From the NCBI GenBank assembly GCA_020847715.1, contig JADLBM010000007.1, positions 8,624 through 72,623 on the forward strand: a stretch of DNA of 64,000 nt, written 5' to 3'. Numbering within the stretch: position 1 is the first letter of the stretch; the number at the start of each line of letters is the position of its first letter. The position numbers and the translations under genes are program-made. The notes beneath the pieces were generated by a model. The model was given only the letters and a program-made list of their open reading frames with translations. It had not been told where the DNA came from and searched no databases. This document shows positions 25,872 through 35,771 of this stretch, in pieces. Source of the stretch: Candidatus Yanofskybacteria bacterium. GTDB taxonomy: Bacteria; Patescibacteriota; Minisyncoccia; 2-02-FULL-40-12; GWA2-44-9.

Positions 25872-26510
25872 TTACACCGCTGAAGCAAGCTCGGAGAGCG
25901 CCCGCGCAGGATCGGCCGCACGCACAACATAGCTCCCGCTCACGAGAATGGATGCGCCAGCCATCGCGCATGACGATGCGGTCTGCGGCGTGACGCCACC
26001 GTCGGCAATGATGGTGATATCGGGATGCGCCGCTTGAAACTGCCGCATGCGCTCAAGCGCCTCCGGCACGAACGCCCGCCCCTGCTGGCCGGGGTGTACC
26101 GTCATGAACTGCACAAGGTCCGCGCTCGCCGCAACGGCCTCGAGCCGCTCGAGTGGGGTTTCCGGATTTATAGATACTCCGAGCTTCTTTCCACACTCAT
26201 GTGCGTGCCCTGCAAGCTCTGGGAAGCTTTTTGTCGCTTCGATATGTACAAGGAATCGGTCTGCACGCGTCGAAGTGCACCAGTGTGCGCACGCGAGCTC
26301 TGGCCGGGACACCATAAGGTGCACATCAAACAGGATAGGCGTCTCCAGTCGCGCCAGCTCCTCGTATCCTTTGATGGTGCGGGTCGGCACGAAGATGCCG
26401 TCGCAGACATCGAGATGCGCGCGCGTCACCCCTGCCTGCTCGAAGATGCGCACCAGCCGAACGAGCTCGGCTTCGCTCTCAGTGAGAATGGCGGGGATGA
26501 TGTCGACCAC
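25872..26510 (-). CDS. rpe: Ribulose-phosphate 3-epimerase
   Basis: HLDVCDGIFVP, DVHLMV, MTVHPGQQG, ADGG. Confidence 0.95.
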   Translation of the reverse strand: MVDIIPAILTESEAELVRLVRIFEQAGVTRAHLDVCDGIFVPTRTIKGYEELARLETPILFDVHLMVSRPELACAHWCTSTRADRFLVHIEATKSFPELAGHAHECGKKLGVSINPETPLERLEAVAASADLVQFMTVHPGQQGRAFVPEALERMRQFQAAHPDITIIADGGVTPQTASSCAMAGASILVSGSYVVRAADPARALSELASAV

Positions 26511-26514
26511 AGAA

Positions 26515-26955
26515 TTATTGGCTATCGATTTTTCCGATGCGCCGAATGTGGCGTTCCTCGTTCGAGAAATCAGTGTCGAGCCAGAGCTTGAGCATTTCCT
26601 TGAACTCGTCGCCCACGAATGCTGCCCCGACGCTCAAGATGTTCGCGGCATTGTGTTCCCGCGACATCATGATGATATCCTTCGGCCCGCCGTAGTAGAC
26701 TGCGGCACGCACACCGCGTCGGCGATTGGCGACCATCGCCTCCCCCTGCCCCGTCGCCCCCAGCACAATGCCGCGGTTGTTCACGGGGTCCTGCGCGACC
26801 TTCTCGGCCGCAACTGCAACAAAATCGGTGTAGTCGTCGTTCGAATCAAGCACGGCATTCCCACAATCAACGAACTCGAGATGCCACTGGGTGAGCCACT
26901 CCTTGATGCGCTCTTTCAGCGCGTATCCCCGATGGTCGGTAGCGAGGTAAATCAT
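26515..26955 (-). CDS. rpiB: Ribose-5-phosphate isomerase B
   Basis: TDHRG, DDY, GATGQGE, REHNAAN, RHIRRI. Confidence 0.95.
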   Translation of the reverse strand: MIYLATDHRGYALKERIKEWLTQWHLEFVDCGNAVLDSNDDYTDFVAVAAEKVAQDPVNNRGIVLGATGQGEAMVANRRRGVRAAVYYGGPKDIIMMSREHNAANILSVGAAFVGDEFKEMLKLWLDTDFSNEERHIRRIGKIDSQ

Positions 26956-26969
26956 ACGAATAGAGAGGA

Positions 26970-27884
26970 TTAGAGCCGGTTAATGTACTGCACCGCGGAG
27001 AGCGCCGCCGCAGCGCCTTGGCCGGCGGCGATAATAATCTGCTTGTGCGCGCTATGCGTGACATCGCCGGCGGCAAAAAGCCCTGCGACGCTGGTTGCGC
27101 CGTCGAGTCCTATGGCAATGTAGCCGAACGCATCCTTTGTGCACTCGGGCGGCACCATCTGCGAATTGGGTGTTTGCCCGATGTGCACGAATGCGCCATC
27201 CATGTCCACCGTGTGCTCCACGCCGGCAGCATCTTTGTACTTCACACCCTTTGCAAGCGCGCCGTCGCCGATGATTTCCGTGGTCATGGCACTGTAGAGG
27301 ACTTCAATCTTCGGGTTCGAGGTCACCTTTTCGATGAGTGATGCCTCGCCCTTGAACGCGGGGTTTTTGTTGATGACCGTCACATGGGAGGCGATGTCCG
27401 CAAGCATGAGCGCGCTCTCAAGCGCGGAGTTGCCACCGCCGATGGTCACTACGCGCTTCCCCGAAAACAGCGGACCGTCACAGACGGTGCAGTACGACAC
27501 GCCCTTCAGGCGATAGGTATCTTCACCCGGAACCCCCAGAAGCCGCGAGTGCGCGCCCGTCGCTACGAGGACCGCCTTCGCACGGTACGGAGCGCCATCG
27601 TCGGCGGTCACCGTGAACATGCCGTCTGCATCCTTCACGATGCCGGTCACGAGATACCCCTCCTTGATTTCAGGCTTGTAGCTCTCGATGTGCTCACGGA
27701 ACATCTGTGACAGTTCGATGCCTGTCGTGTGCTTGATGCCCAGCCAGTTCTCCACTTCACCGGAAAGCGCGACCTCTCCGCCTAAATCTTTTGCAATAAC
27801 AAGAAACTTCAGACCGCGCCGCGCCGCGTAGATGCCGGCCGATGCTCCCGCGGCGGAGCCGCCGATAATGATGAGGTCATACAT
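26970..27884 (-). CDS. trxB: Thioredoxin-disulfide reductase
   Basis: GGSAAG, YCTVCDG, GGGNSALE, FAAGD. Confidence 0.93.
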   Translation of the reverse strand: MYDLIIIGGSAAGASAGIYAARRGLKFLVIAKDLGGEVALSGEVENWLGIKHTTGIELSQMFREHIESYKPEIKEGYLVTGIVKDADGMFTVTADDGAPYRAKAVLVATGAHSRLLGVPGEDTYRLKGVSYCTVCDGPLFSGKRVVTIGGGNSALESALMLADIASHVTVINKNPAFKGEASLIEKVTSNPKIEVLYSAMTTEIIGDGALAKGVKYKDAAGVEHTVDMDGAFVHIGQTPNSQMVPPECTKDAFGYIAIGLDGATSVAGLFAAGDVTHSAHKQIIIAAGQGAAAALSAVQYINRL

Positions 27885-27956
27885 ACGAACAAAGTATAGC
27901 AAACCGATGTAAAAAAGAACCCCCATCCGAAGATGGGGGTCAACCGTCGGAGTCGC

Positions 27957-28589
27957 TCAGAGGTCCTGAGGACGCACGACGAACGAGATGCCGAGCGAGG
28001 AGGAACTTCCACGACGCCACGCACCGTCCTGCAGGTACTTTCGGGACGCGGTCCCGACCGTGCCTCGCAGGAAGACGCTGCCACGGAGCGGAAGGTCGTG
28101 GCTCCACAGGAACGCCCATCCCTGCGTGTGGTTGGGCGCCTCCGCGTCGGTCGCCACTTCACCGCCGTAGCGGACGGAGAACTCGTCGCGATGCGGTCGG
28201 CGCGTGGCAGTCTTTCCGTATCGGGCGCAGAGCCCGATACCACCGTCGGCCCACCAGGTCTTCTTCGTCCAGACGGTCGCATCCGAGAGGATGCGATGCC
28301 CGCCGACGACCACGAAGAGGCTGGGGCCGATCCAGTGCCGCAGATCGGCGCTGACCGTCCACTGATGGCCACCCGGCGTCCCGACCTTGTCGAGCTCGGA
28401 GCGCTTCACGGCGGCCGAGAGGTCGAAGAGGCCGAGGGCCTTGCGTCCGCTGAGGCCGAACGCCGCCTGCGTGCCGTCCTGCCCCATGTTGTCCGTGGTC
28501 TGTACCGCGGACCCGACGGAGAACTCCGTCTGCGCGGCAACGGGCAGGGCCATCGCCAGCACCGAGACACCCAACACCAGAACGCGCAT
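27957..28589 (-). CDS. Exported protein with beta-barrel-like strand pattern
   Basis: Signal peptide ending PVAA-Q, alternating amphipathic strands, SD AAGGAG. Confidence 0.6.
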   Translation of the reverse strand: MRVLVLGVSVLAMALPVAAQTEFSVGSAVQTTDNMGQDGTQAAFGLSGRKALGLFDLSAAVKRSELDKVGTPGGHQWTVSADLRHWIGPSLFVVVGGHRILSDATVWTKKTWWADGGIGLCARYGKTATRRPHRDEFSVRYGGEVATDAEAPNHTQGWAFLWSHDLPLRGSVFLRGTVGTASRKYLQDGAWRRGSSSSLGISFVVRPQDL

Positions 28590-28638
28590 ATCACACTCCT
28601 TCGCCGCACAAGCGGCATGTGCTACACTAAAAAGGTCT

Positions 28639-29997
28639 ATGCTAAGTATACAACAATTCAGACGATTTGGCAAGCTTCTCCCGTGGGGGCTCCTCGCGGC
28701 GTCGTTACTCGTGCATTTCGCGTTCTTCGGCCGCCCGAACGCAACGGTGTTCGACGAGGTCCATTTTGGGAAGTTCATCAGCGCCTACTTCACACACCAA
28801 TACTACTTCGATATCCATCCCCCGCTCGGAAAGCTCATTCTTGCGGCGTGGGGGTGGCTCTGGGGGTTCCAGCCGGGATTCTCGTTCGCAAATATCGGCG
28901 ACGCCTATCCCGACCATCTCTACCTCGCACTCCGATTCCTTCCGACACTCGCGGGCGCCCTCCTGCCGCTCATCATCTACGGGCTTGCCCGTCAACTTCG
29001 CATGTCCCGCGGTGCAGCGCTGCTCGCCGGCATACTTGTTGCACTCGACAACGCCCTCCTCGTCCAATCACGCTTTATCCTCCTCGATTCGTTTCTCCTC
29101 CTGTTCGGCTTCACTGGGCTCTACTGCTACTTCCGCTGGCGCAGCGGCGGTACACGGTGGCTCCTCGCCGCGGCGGGCATCCTTGGTGGCGCCGCAGTAG
29201 GGATCAAGTGGACCGGCGCAACCTTCCTCGGCCTCATGGGCGCCCTTGAATTCATCCGACTCTGGCAGGAACACAACCGAGTCGCCGTGCGGCGGTTGTG
29301 GCCGCTCTTCCTCGCACTCGTCGTAGCACCACTCATCGTCTACATCGGCGCCTTCTTCATTCACTTCACACTCCTCACCCGCAGTGGAACGGGAGATGCA
29401 TTCATGAGCGCACGCTTCCAGCACGACCTCGTCGGAAGTCAGTTTGTCGCCGACACAACGCTCACCTCGCTCTCACCGCTCGAGAAAACACTCCAACTGA
29501 ACGCCGAGATGTACCGCTCGAACCAACGACTCACCGCATCGCATCCGTATGCGAGCCCGTGGTTCACGTGGCCGTTCATGGACCGGAGCATTTACTACTG
29601 GGTGAGCGGGCATGCACGCATCTACCTGCTGGGAAATCCTGCCGTCTGGTGGCTCTCCACCGTTGCCGTGCTCGTGATACTCTCGAACATCGTCCTCACC
29701 CGCCCGAAAAACACTCCCCGCGAGATGTTCATCCTGATAGGGGCATGGCTCGTAAACCTCCTGCCGTTCATCGGTATCACCCGCGTTATGTTCCTCTACC
29801 ACTACTTCCCCGCGCTCATCTGGGCAATCCTCATGACCGCGTATCTGGTAGACCGCTCACCTCATCGAACCCGCATCACGCTCGCCCTCACCGCTCTCGC
29901 GCTTGCGACCTTCGTCTACTTCGCGCCGCTCTCGTATGGCCTCCCCCTCTCCGACGGCGCTTACAACGCCCGTGTGTGGTTCAGTTCTTGGAGATAA
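28639..29997 (+). CDS. Lipid-phosphate-mannose protein O-mannosyltransferase (PMT, GT39)
   Basis: VFDEVHF, DIHPPLGK, SRFILLD, HPYASPW, GNPAVWW, FLYHYFP. Confidence 0.93.
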   Translation: MLSIQQFRRFGKLLPWGLLAASLLVHFAFFGRPNATVFDEVHFGKFISAYFTHQYYFDIHPPLGKLILAAWGWLWGFQPGFSFANIGDAYPDHLYLALRFLPTLAGALLPLIIYGLARQLRMSRGAALLAGILVALDNALLVQSRFILLDSFLLLFGFTGLYCYFRWRSGGTRWLLAAAGILGGAAVGIKWTGATFLGLMGALEFIRLWQEHNRVAVRRLWPLFLALVVAPLIVYIGAFFIHFTLLTRSGTGDAFMSARFQHDLVGSQFVADTTLTSLSPLEKTLQLNAEMYRSNQRLTASHPYASPWFTWPFMDRSIYYWVSGHARIYLLGNPAVWWLSTVAVLVILSNIVLTRPKNTPREMFILIGAWLVNLLPFIGITRVMFLYHYFPALIWAILMTAYLVDRSPHRTRITLALTALALATFVYFAPLSYGLPLSDGAYNARVWFSSWR

Positions 29998-30028
29998 CAA
30001 AACGGCTCGATGGCCGTTTTGTGTTCCC

Positions 30029-30637
30029 TTACAGCGTTACCTGCCGCGCCTTCAGGTAGAGTTCCTCCGCCTTAGTCCAATTGAAGTTCTTCCAGAACGC
30101 CTCGATGTAGGCTTTCTTGTCGGAACCGAAGTCAATAAAGTAGGCGTGCTCATAGACGTCCAGCACGATGACGGGAAGGCACCCCCACACCCCGCCTTGG
30201 TTGTGCGCATCGGCGTTGTAGTGTTTCAGCGCTCCTGCTTTCGTGTCCCAACACAGCACACTCCACCCACGCGCCGCCATGGCACACTCTGAGAAGTACT
30301 TCAGCCCATTCTCGAGAGAACCCCATTTTTCGGCCAACGCCTTGGACAGTTCCGGCGCCGCATCAACGACTCCATCACCACCAAGGACATCGAAGTACCA
30401 TTCATGAAGATAGACTCCGTTGACAGCAAATGTCTCGGCATCCTTCAGGGCACGAAGCTCCGAATAGGTCGCATTTCCAGCAGCCGAGCCGGAAGCAGCA
30501 AGCTCCTGCAGCTTCTGCGAGATGTCGGTGGCCTTCGCCACATACCCTGCGTAGAGCTTGTCGTGGTGGATAGCCAGCGTCTTTGCGCTGATAGCGCCGA
30601 GCTTCTCGGCGTCGAACGGTAATGGCTTGGTATCCAT
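30029..30637 (-). CDS. sod: Fe/Mn superoxide dismutase
   Basis: IHHDKLY, LHEWYF, DVYEHAY. Confidence 0.9.
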   Translation of the reverse strand: MDTKPLPFDAEKLGAISAKTLAIHHDKLYAGYVAKATDISQKLQELAASGSAAGNATYSELRALKDAETFAVNGVYLHEWYFDVLGGDGVVDAAPELSKALAEKWGSLENGLKYFSECAMAARGWSVLCWDTKAGALKHYNADAHNQGGVWGCLPVIVLDVYEHAYFIDFGSDKKAYIEAFWKNFNWTKAEELYLKARQVTL

Positions 30638-30639
30638 AG

Positions 30640-30885
30640 TTAGGCGTTCCCAGTGATACCTGCGTACTCGTCGAGCTTGCGCTTGTCGAATCCGACGATA
30701 ATCTTGCCGTCGACATCGATGACCGGCACGCCGAGCTGACCGGACTTCGTGTACATTTCCTGCGCCTTCGCATGGTCACGAGAGACATCGATATCCGTAA
30801 ACGGAATGTTCTTCGATGTAAGATACTCCTTGGCCATTTTGCAGTAGCCACAGGTCGGGGTCGAATAGATGGTGATGTTCGCCAT
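30640..30885 (-). CDS. Glutaredoxin-like NrdH-redoxin
   Basis: YSTPTCGYC, GQLGVPVI, IVGFD. Confidence 0.92.
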   Translation of the reverse strand: MANITIYSTPTCGYCKMAKEYLTSKNIPFTDIDVSRDHAKAQEMYTKSGQLGVPVIDVDGKIIVGFDKRKLDEYAGITGNA

Positions 30886-30990
30886 ACAATAACGTTCATT
30901 CAATACTCCGCAATGATATCGTACCCTTCCGACAACGCAAAATTTGCCAAAACGTAAAAAATTCAGTATTATTGCACCTCAGAACATCCC

Positions 30991-32181
30991 ATGCGCCCCC
31001 GATTCACCGTCACCACAAAACACCGCGGAAGCCGCGCACGACTCGGCGTTCTTCGCACGCCGCACGGCACCGTACGAACACCTGCCTATGTCATCGTGGC
31101 GACCCATGCAGAGGTGCGCACCCTCACACCTGCGGACATCAAAAAGACAAAGACTCAATTGGTCATCGCGAACACGTACCACCTCTGGGAACAGCGCGAC
31201 GCCCACCGCATGCTCGGCGCACGAATTCCGATGATGACCGACTCCGGCGGATTCCAAGTGTTCTCGCTCGGCGCCGCAAAGGACCATCGCGTCGGCAAAG
31301 TACTGAAACGGGGCCACCGAACTACCGGAACGGGAAGCGACTACTCGACGGTCGCCATCACCGAGGATGGCGCGCACTTTTCGGTTGCCGGGAAACGGCG
31401 CTCGATTACCCCTGAATCCTCCATTGCAACACAGGAACGACTTGGCGCGGACATCATTTTCGTATTCGACGAATGTACATCACCACTGCATCCGATGCGG
31501 TACACCAAGAACTCCATGGACCGCACACACCGATGGGCGCTCCGCTCACTGAAGGCGCACACCCGCACCGACCAACTCCTCTACGGCATCGTGCAGGGTG
31601 GTCGTTTCAAGCGCCTCCGCGCTGCAAGCGCGAAGACGCTTGCAGCTCTGCCGTTCGGTGGCTACGGCATTGGAGGAAGTTTCGGCAAGGACGAGATGAC
31701 TGAAACGCTCGCATCGGTCATTCCTCATCTTCCTGACGACAAGCCTCGCCACCTTCTGGGCATCGGATCGGTATCCGATATTTTTGCTGCCGTCGAGGCG
31801 GGCGTGGACACCATGGACTGCGTCATCCCTACCCGCGAAGCACGCCATGCCCGCATCTACACCGATGACGGCATCGTCGACGTGCGCAAAATGGCATTCG
31901 CCGATGATCGTCGCCGCCTCCTAGTGTCGCGCGCGAGCATTGGTCGCCTCCATCGCCTCTTCCGTGCACGCGACCAGCGCGCTGGCCGACTCGCAACACT
32001 CCATAATGTGCGCTGGTTCAATCTCACCCTCGAACGCATACGAGCCGCCCTTGCGGACGGCTCGTATGGAACATTCAAGAGGAGTTTCCTTACTCGGTTT
32101 TCGCCTCCTCGGCGCGGTTCTTCGTCCGCTCGACGGAGAACACATACACATACAGGATCTCGAGGATCCCGAGCGTATTGA
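30991..32181 (+). CDS. tgt: tRNA-guanine transglycosylase
   Basis: ANTYHL, TDSGGFQVFSL, FDEC, GIVQGG, PRHLLG, MDCV. Confidence 0.93.
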   Translation: MRPRFTVTTKHRGSRARLGVLRTPHGTVRTPAYVIVATHAEVRTLTPADIKKTKTQLVIANTYHLWEQRDAHRMLGARIPMMTDSGGFQVFSLGAAKDHRVGKVLKRGHRTTGTGSDYSTVAITEDGAHFSVAGKRRSITPESSIATQERLGADIIFVFDECTSPLHPMRYTKNSMDRTHRWALRSLKAHTRTDQLLYGIVQGGRFKRLRAASAKTLAALPFGGYGIGGSFGKDEMTETLASVIPHLPDDKPRHLLGIGSVSDIFAAVEAGVDTMDCVIPTREARHARIYTDDGIVDVRKMAFADDRRRLLVSRASIGRLHRLFRARDQRAGRLATLHNVRWFNLTLERIRAALADGSYGTFKRSFLTRFSPPRRGSSSARRRTHTHTGSRGSRAY

Positions 32182-32326
32182 TTACGAGCAGAACCACGAA
32201 CCACCACTTCTGCTCCTTCTGAGCCGCCCGCCACAGCGCGAGCCCTTTCCAGACCACGACCCACGCGAACAGCGCAAGATACCAAAGCTGGCGATCCAGC
32301 GGTATCTGTAAGATGTCGTTGAACAT
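32090..32326 (-). CDS. Small membrane protein (DUF5652-like)
   Basis: WKGLALWRAA...WFVVLLVINTLGILEILY. Confidence 0.8.
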   Translation of the reverse strand: MFNDILQIPLDRQLWYLALFAWVVVWKGLALWRAAQKEQKWWFVVLLVINTLGILEILYVYVFSVERTKNRAEEAKTE

Positions 32327-32349
32327 ACCCCGATTATACCACGAAAGGT

Positions 32350-32721
32350 TTAGGCATCCAAGAGCCCCTCGGATTCCAGCTCCGCAAGTACGCCCGCCGG
32401 AAGCGGCACCCGTTCGCGGACCGGAGACACCCCCGGATACCGCCACGCTGTGATAATGACCTTCCGATAATCGCTGAGCGGGCTTTTCGCGCGCTTTTTT
32501 TCTTCCCGCCACATCACCCACACCTCCCACGGCTTTGCTTTCGTCCCCGCCGTCTGCATAGCGGCAAGCGTTCCTTCGGCAACACCCTCTTCAACCCGCT
32601 CGGGGGCGCGAATAACCCGAAGCACGCGGCTTGGGGTCAATCCATAGAACCGCAACTTCCGCACCACGTGGTGCGTCCATCGGTATTTCTCATTATCGCG
32701 AGGTAATGCGAACTCGCCCAT
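32350..32721 (-). CDS. Hypothetical protein (possible RelE/BrnT-like fold)
   Basis: WTHHVVRKLRFYGL, EVWVMW, VIITAWRYPG. Confidence 0.65.
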   Translation of the reverse strand: MGEFALPRDNEKYRWTHHVVRKLRFYGLTPSRVLRVIRAPERVEEGVAEGTLAAMQTAGTKAKPWEVWVMWREEKKRAKSPLSDYRKVIITAWRYPGVSPVRERVPLPAGVLAELESEGLLDA

Positions 32722-32756
32722 GTCGCACCCTACTGTACCACAGCGATGGAGTCCAG

Positions 32757-33275
32757 CTACCACTCCATGCCCTCGCGCCCCTCCTGCCCCTGTTGATAGG
32801 GGTGCTTCACTTCGACAACCTCAGACACAATGTCCGCTACTTCAATGAATGCCTCCGGCGCATCGCGTCCGGTCAGGAGAAGGTCAACTCCCTCCGGCAC
32901 CGCACGGATGACTTCCATGACATCCGCTACGGATAGCAATCCAAGGTGCACAGCATTGTTCACCTCATCGAGGATGACCATATCCCACCCTCCGCTCATA
33001 ATCTCGCCGTAGGCGAACGCGAGCCCCTCGTGCGCCGCTCGGGCGTGCTCTTCCCGAGGTAGTGTATCTCCAAGAATACCCACGAACCCAAGCCCCGTCT
33101 TCACAATCTTAAATTGGGGACGCAGGAGCATCTGCGCGTCGTCTTCCCCCGAGCGCCACGGCCCCTTGATGAACTGAACCATGAGTACTCTGCGCCCATC
33201 CCCCACCGCACGGACGGCCTGACCGATGGCCGAAGTCGTTTTCCCTTTTCCGTTGCCGGTGATGAGGAGAATCAT
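32757..33275 (-). CDS. cobO: Cob(I)yrinic acid a,c-diamide adenosyltransferase (CobO/BtuR)
   Basis: TGNGKGKTTSA, QFIKG, LDEV, LTGR, KHPY. Confidence 0.92.
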   Translation of the reverse strand: MILLITGNGKGKTTSAIGQAVRAVGDGRRVLMVQFIKGPWRSGEDDAQMLLRPQFKIVKTGLGFVGILGDTLPREEHARAAHEGLAFAYGEIMSGGWDMVILDEVNNAVHLGLLSVADVMEVIRAVPEGVDLLLTGRDAPEAFIEVADIVSEVVEVKHPYQQGQEGREGMEW

Positions 33276-33280
33276 AGGCG

Positions 33281-33526
33281 CTAGAGGTCCATGTGGTCGA
33301 ACTTGTGACCCTTCATACGGAACAGGCGGTGCCAGAACCGCGGGTGGTCAATAACCAACTCAGTGACAACGGCGAACGGAACGATGACCACAACCGCGAT
33401 GAGCATTTCGTCCAGCACAAGCGCACGACCTGCGGCAACCTTGAAGACAACAAGGTTCTCGACAAGGTCGAGCAAAATACCGGCGACGATAAACTCAAGA
33501 ATACGAAGCTTCGTATTGATGTGCAT
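33281..33526 (-). CDS. Small membrane protein
   Basis: Two hydrophobic segments; ELVIDHPRFW. Confidence 0.6.
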   Translation of the reverse strand: MHINTKLRILEFIVAGILLDLVENLVVFKVAAGRALVLDEMLIAVVVIVPFAVVTELVIDHPRFWHRLFRMKGHKFDHMDL

Positions 33527-33601
33527 GCAATCAGTGTAGCTCTTCATCTTGAAAAGCAAAGACCCCCGAGAGGGGGTCTTTGCGGTTGCAGGCAGGGCTA
33601 C

Positions 33602-33898
33602 TTAGTAGCCACCGCCGAAGCCACCACGGTCAGAGCGAGGAGCGCGCTGCTCCATCGGACGGGCTTCGTTGACCACGATTGCGCGGCCGCCGAAGTCCTT
33701 GCCGTTGAACATGTCAACAGCCTTCTGTGCATCCTCATCGGATGCCATGGTGACGAAACCGAACCCGCGAGAGCGACCAGTCATCTTGTCCATCATAACG
33801 ACGGCTTCAGAGACCTGGCCGGCCTGCGAGAACGTTTGCTGCAACTCTTCACCGGTAGTGCTGTAAGGCAGGTTACCGATATAAAGCTTGTTCGCCAT
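33602..33898 (-). CDS. RRM (RNP-1) RNA-binding protein
   Basis: KLYIGNL (RNP2), RGFGFVTM (RNP1), VNEARP, Gly-rich tail. Confidence 0.96.
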   Translation of the reverse strand: MANKLYIGNLPYSTTGEELQQTFSQAGQVSEAVVMMDKMTGRSRGFGFVTMASDEDAQKAVDMFNGKDFGGRAIVVNEARPMEQRAPRSDRGGFGGGY

Positions 33899-34122
33899 TT
33901 CTTCTGCGTTTTGTGCGTCCTGGGCAACGATGTCGTTGAACGGGCCGGTACAAAACACGTATGTTGCGTGAGGGCGACCTCCCGTCGAGGCCCTTCGCAC
34001 GAGGCGACTGGCTGCCGAGATACCTACGCTGAATTGAAGTATAGCACGGTCAGCACAAAAAGGCAAGGGGTAGAAAAAAGGCCAGAAACGAAGTGTTTCT
34101 GGCCAATCCAACGCCCTTCAGG

Positions 34123-34473
34123 CTAGAACCCCTGAGGAGGATCCAAGTAGCGCGGCTCATTCAACTCAACCCCACACAGCCTCTCCAGCCGGCTCGCCAG
34201 CGCATCACCAGCTTCGGAGAAAAGCCCGAGAACGAACATGGCATGGAAGTGTGCGTGCAGGCGAGCAAACTGGCTTTCCTCCGGATTGCCGTCCAATGCC
34301 CCCATAGTGGCATACTGCATCGCCCCGAGCTTCGCAGCCGCTTCAAGCGTCTCCGAAATGACGACCAGCTGGCGTTCCGCATCGCGAACATTGTGAGCGG
34401 TTCGGATGGCCGACAACGCCTGCGTAAGCTTCTGGTCCGTCACCCGGGCAACCTTTTCCGTAAAGTCCGCCAT
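34123..34473 (-). CDS. Hypothetical helical protein
   Basis: SD GGAGGTGA; flanked by a hairpin. Confidence 0.55.
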   Translation of the reverse strand: MADFTEKVARVTDQKLTQALSAIRTAHNVRDAERQLVVISETLEAAAKLGAMQYATMGALDGNPEESQFARLHAHFHAMFVLGLFSEAGDALASRLERLCGVELNEPRYLDPPQGF

Positions 34474-34526
34474 CGATCACCTCCGAAGCTCCTCTATACC
34501 ATACGGATGTGGTAAAATCAACCTGC

Positions 34527-35771
34527 ATGTCCCGCACTGTAATCAACGCAATCCACGCACGGGAGATTCTCGACTCGAGGGGGGTGCCGACACTTGAAGT
34601 GTCGGTCGTCTGCGAGGGCGGGAGTGGCACATTCGGCGTACCATCGGGTGCATCCACTGGTACTCACGAGGCCGTCGAACTGCGGGACGGCGACGCAAGT
34701 CGCTACGGCGGCATGGGAACCCTCAAGGCGGCAACCCATGTGAACGTAAATCTCGCCGGCGCACTCATCGGCATGGACGCGCGTGACCAACGCGCACTCG
34801 ACGAGCGCATGCTCGCCATGGATGGCACGCCGAACAAGGCAAAGCTCGGTGGCAACGCCATTGTAGGCATCTCCATCGCCGCCGCGAAGGCAGCCGCCGC
34901 CGCGCTCCAAGCACCGCTTGTCGACTACCTACACGCCCTCGCGCCGGACATCGCCCCATCTGCGACCGGCCGGCGCATGCCATTTCTCGGCATGAACCTC
35001 ATCAACGGCGGGAAGCACGCCGCGACCCGTCTTGCATTCCAAGAGTACAAGCTGGTACCACAGACCAACGACGTCACCGAGGCGCTCGACATCGGGACGC
35101 GCATCATGCACGCCCTCAAGAAGCGCCTCGTGCGGGACCACGGCGCCGTGCATGCGAATGTGGGCGACGAAGGCGGTTTTGCCCCCGACCTCGCGTCGGT
35201 GCGCGCGCCGCTCGCACTCCTCATGGAAACTGCCGCCGAACTCAACCTCGACCACCGCATCAAGCTCGCCATGGATGTCGCCGCGTCCTCGTTCTACGAT
35301 GCAGCGACCGATCGCTACACCTACGACGGCACAGAGCACACCGCAACAGAACTGGAAGAGGCCCTCCGCGGCATGCTCCGCGACTTCCCCTTTCTCTACA
35401 TCGAAGATCCGTTCCATGAGAACGCATTCGCCGATTTCGCACGGCTCAATGATGGCTCGACCGTCATCGTCGGCGATGACCTTACCGTCACGAATACAAC
35501 GTTCCTAAAGCAAGCCATCGAACAGAAGTCTATTTCCGGCGTTATTATTAAAGTAAACCAAGTTGGCACGCTCACGGAAACGCTCGACACCATGAAGCTC
35601 GCACGCGACAACAGCATCGAGTGCATCGTGAGCCACCGCTCGGGAGAAACGAATGACGATTTCATCGCAGACCTTGCGGTTGCGTTTGGGGTCTTCGCAG
35701 TGAAAGCCGGAGGCCCTCAGCGCGGCGAGCGCGTCGCAAAGTACAACCGATTCCTGAAATTGCTTGCATGA
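34527..35771 (+). CDS. eno: Enolase
   Basis: EILDSRG, PSGASTG, GDEGGF, IKVNQVG, SHRSGET. Confidence 0.98.
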   Translation: MSRTVINAIHAREILDSRGVPTLEVSVVCEGGSGTFGVPSGASTGTHEAVELRDGDASRYGGMGTLKAATHVNVNLAGALIGMDARDQRALDERMLAMDGTPNKAKLGGNAIVGISIAAAKAAAAALQAPLVDYLHALAPDIAPSATGRRMPFLGMNLINGGKHAATRLAFQEYKLVPQTNDVTEALDIGTRIMHALKKRLVRDHGAVHANVGDEGGFAPDLASVRAPLALLMETAAELNLDHRIKLAMDVAASSFYDAATDRYTYDGTEHTATELEEALRGMLRDFPFLYIEDPFHENAFADFARLNDGSTVIVGDDLTVTNTTFLKQAIEQKSISGVIIKVNQVGTLTETLDTMKLARDNSIECIVSHRSGETNDDFIADLAVAFGVFAVKAGGPQRGERVAKYNRFLKLLA

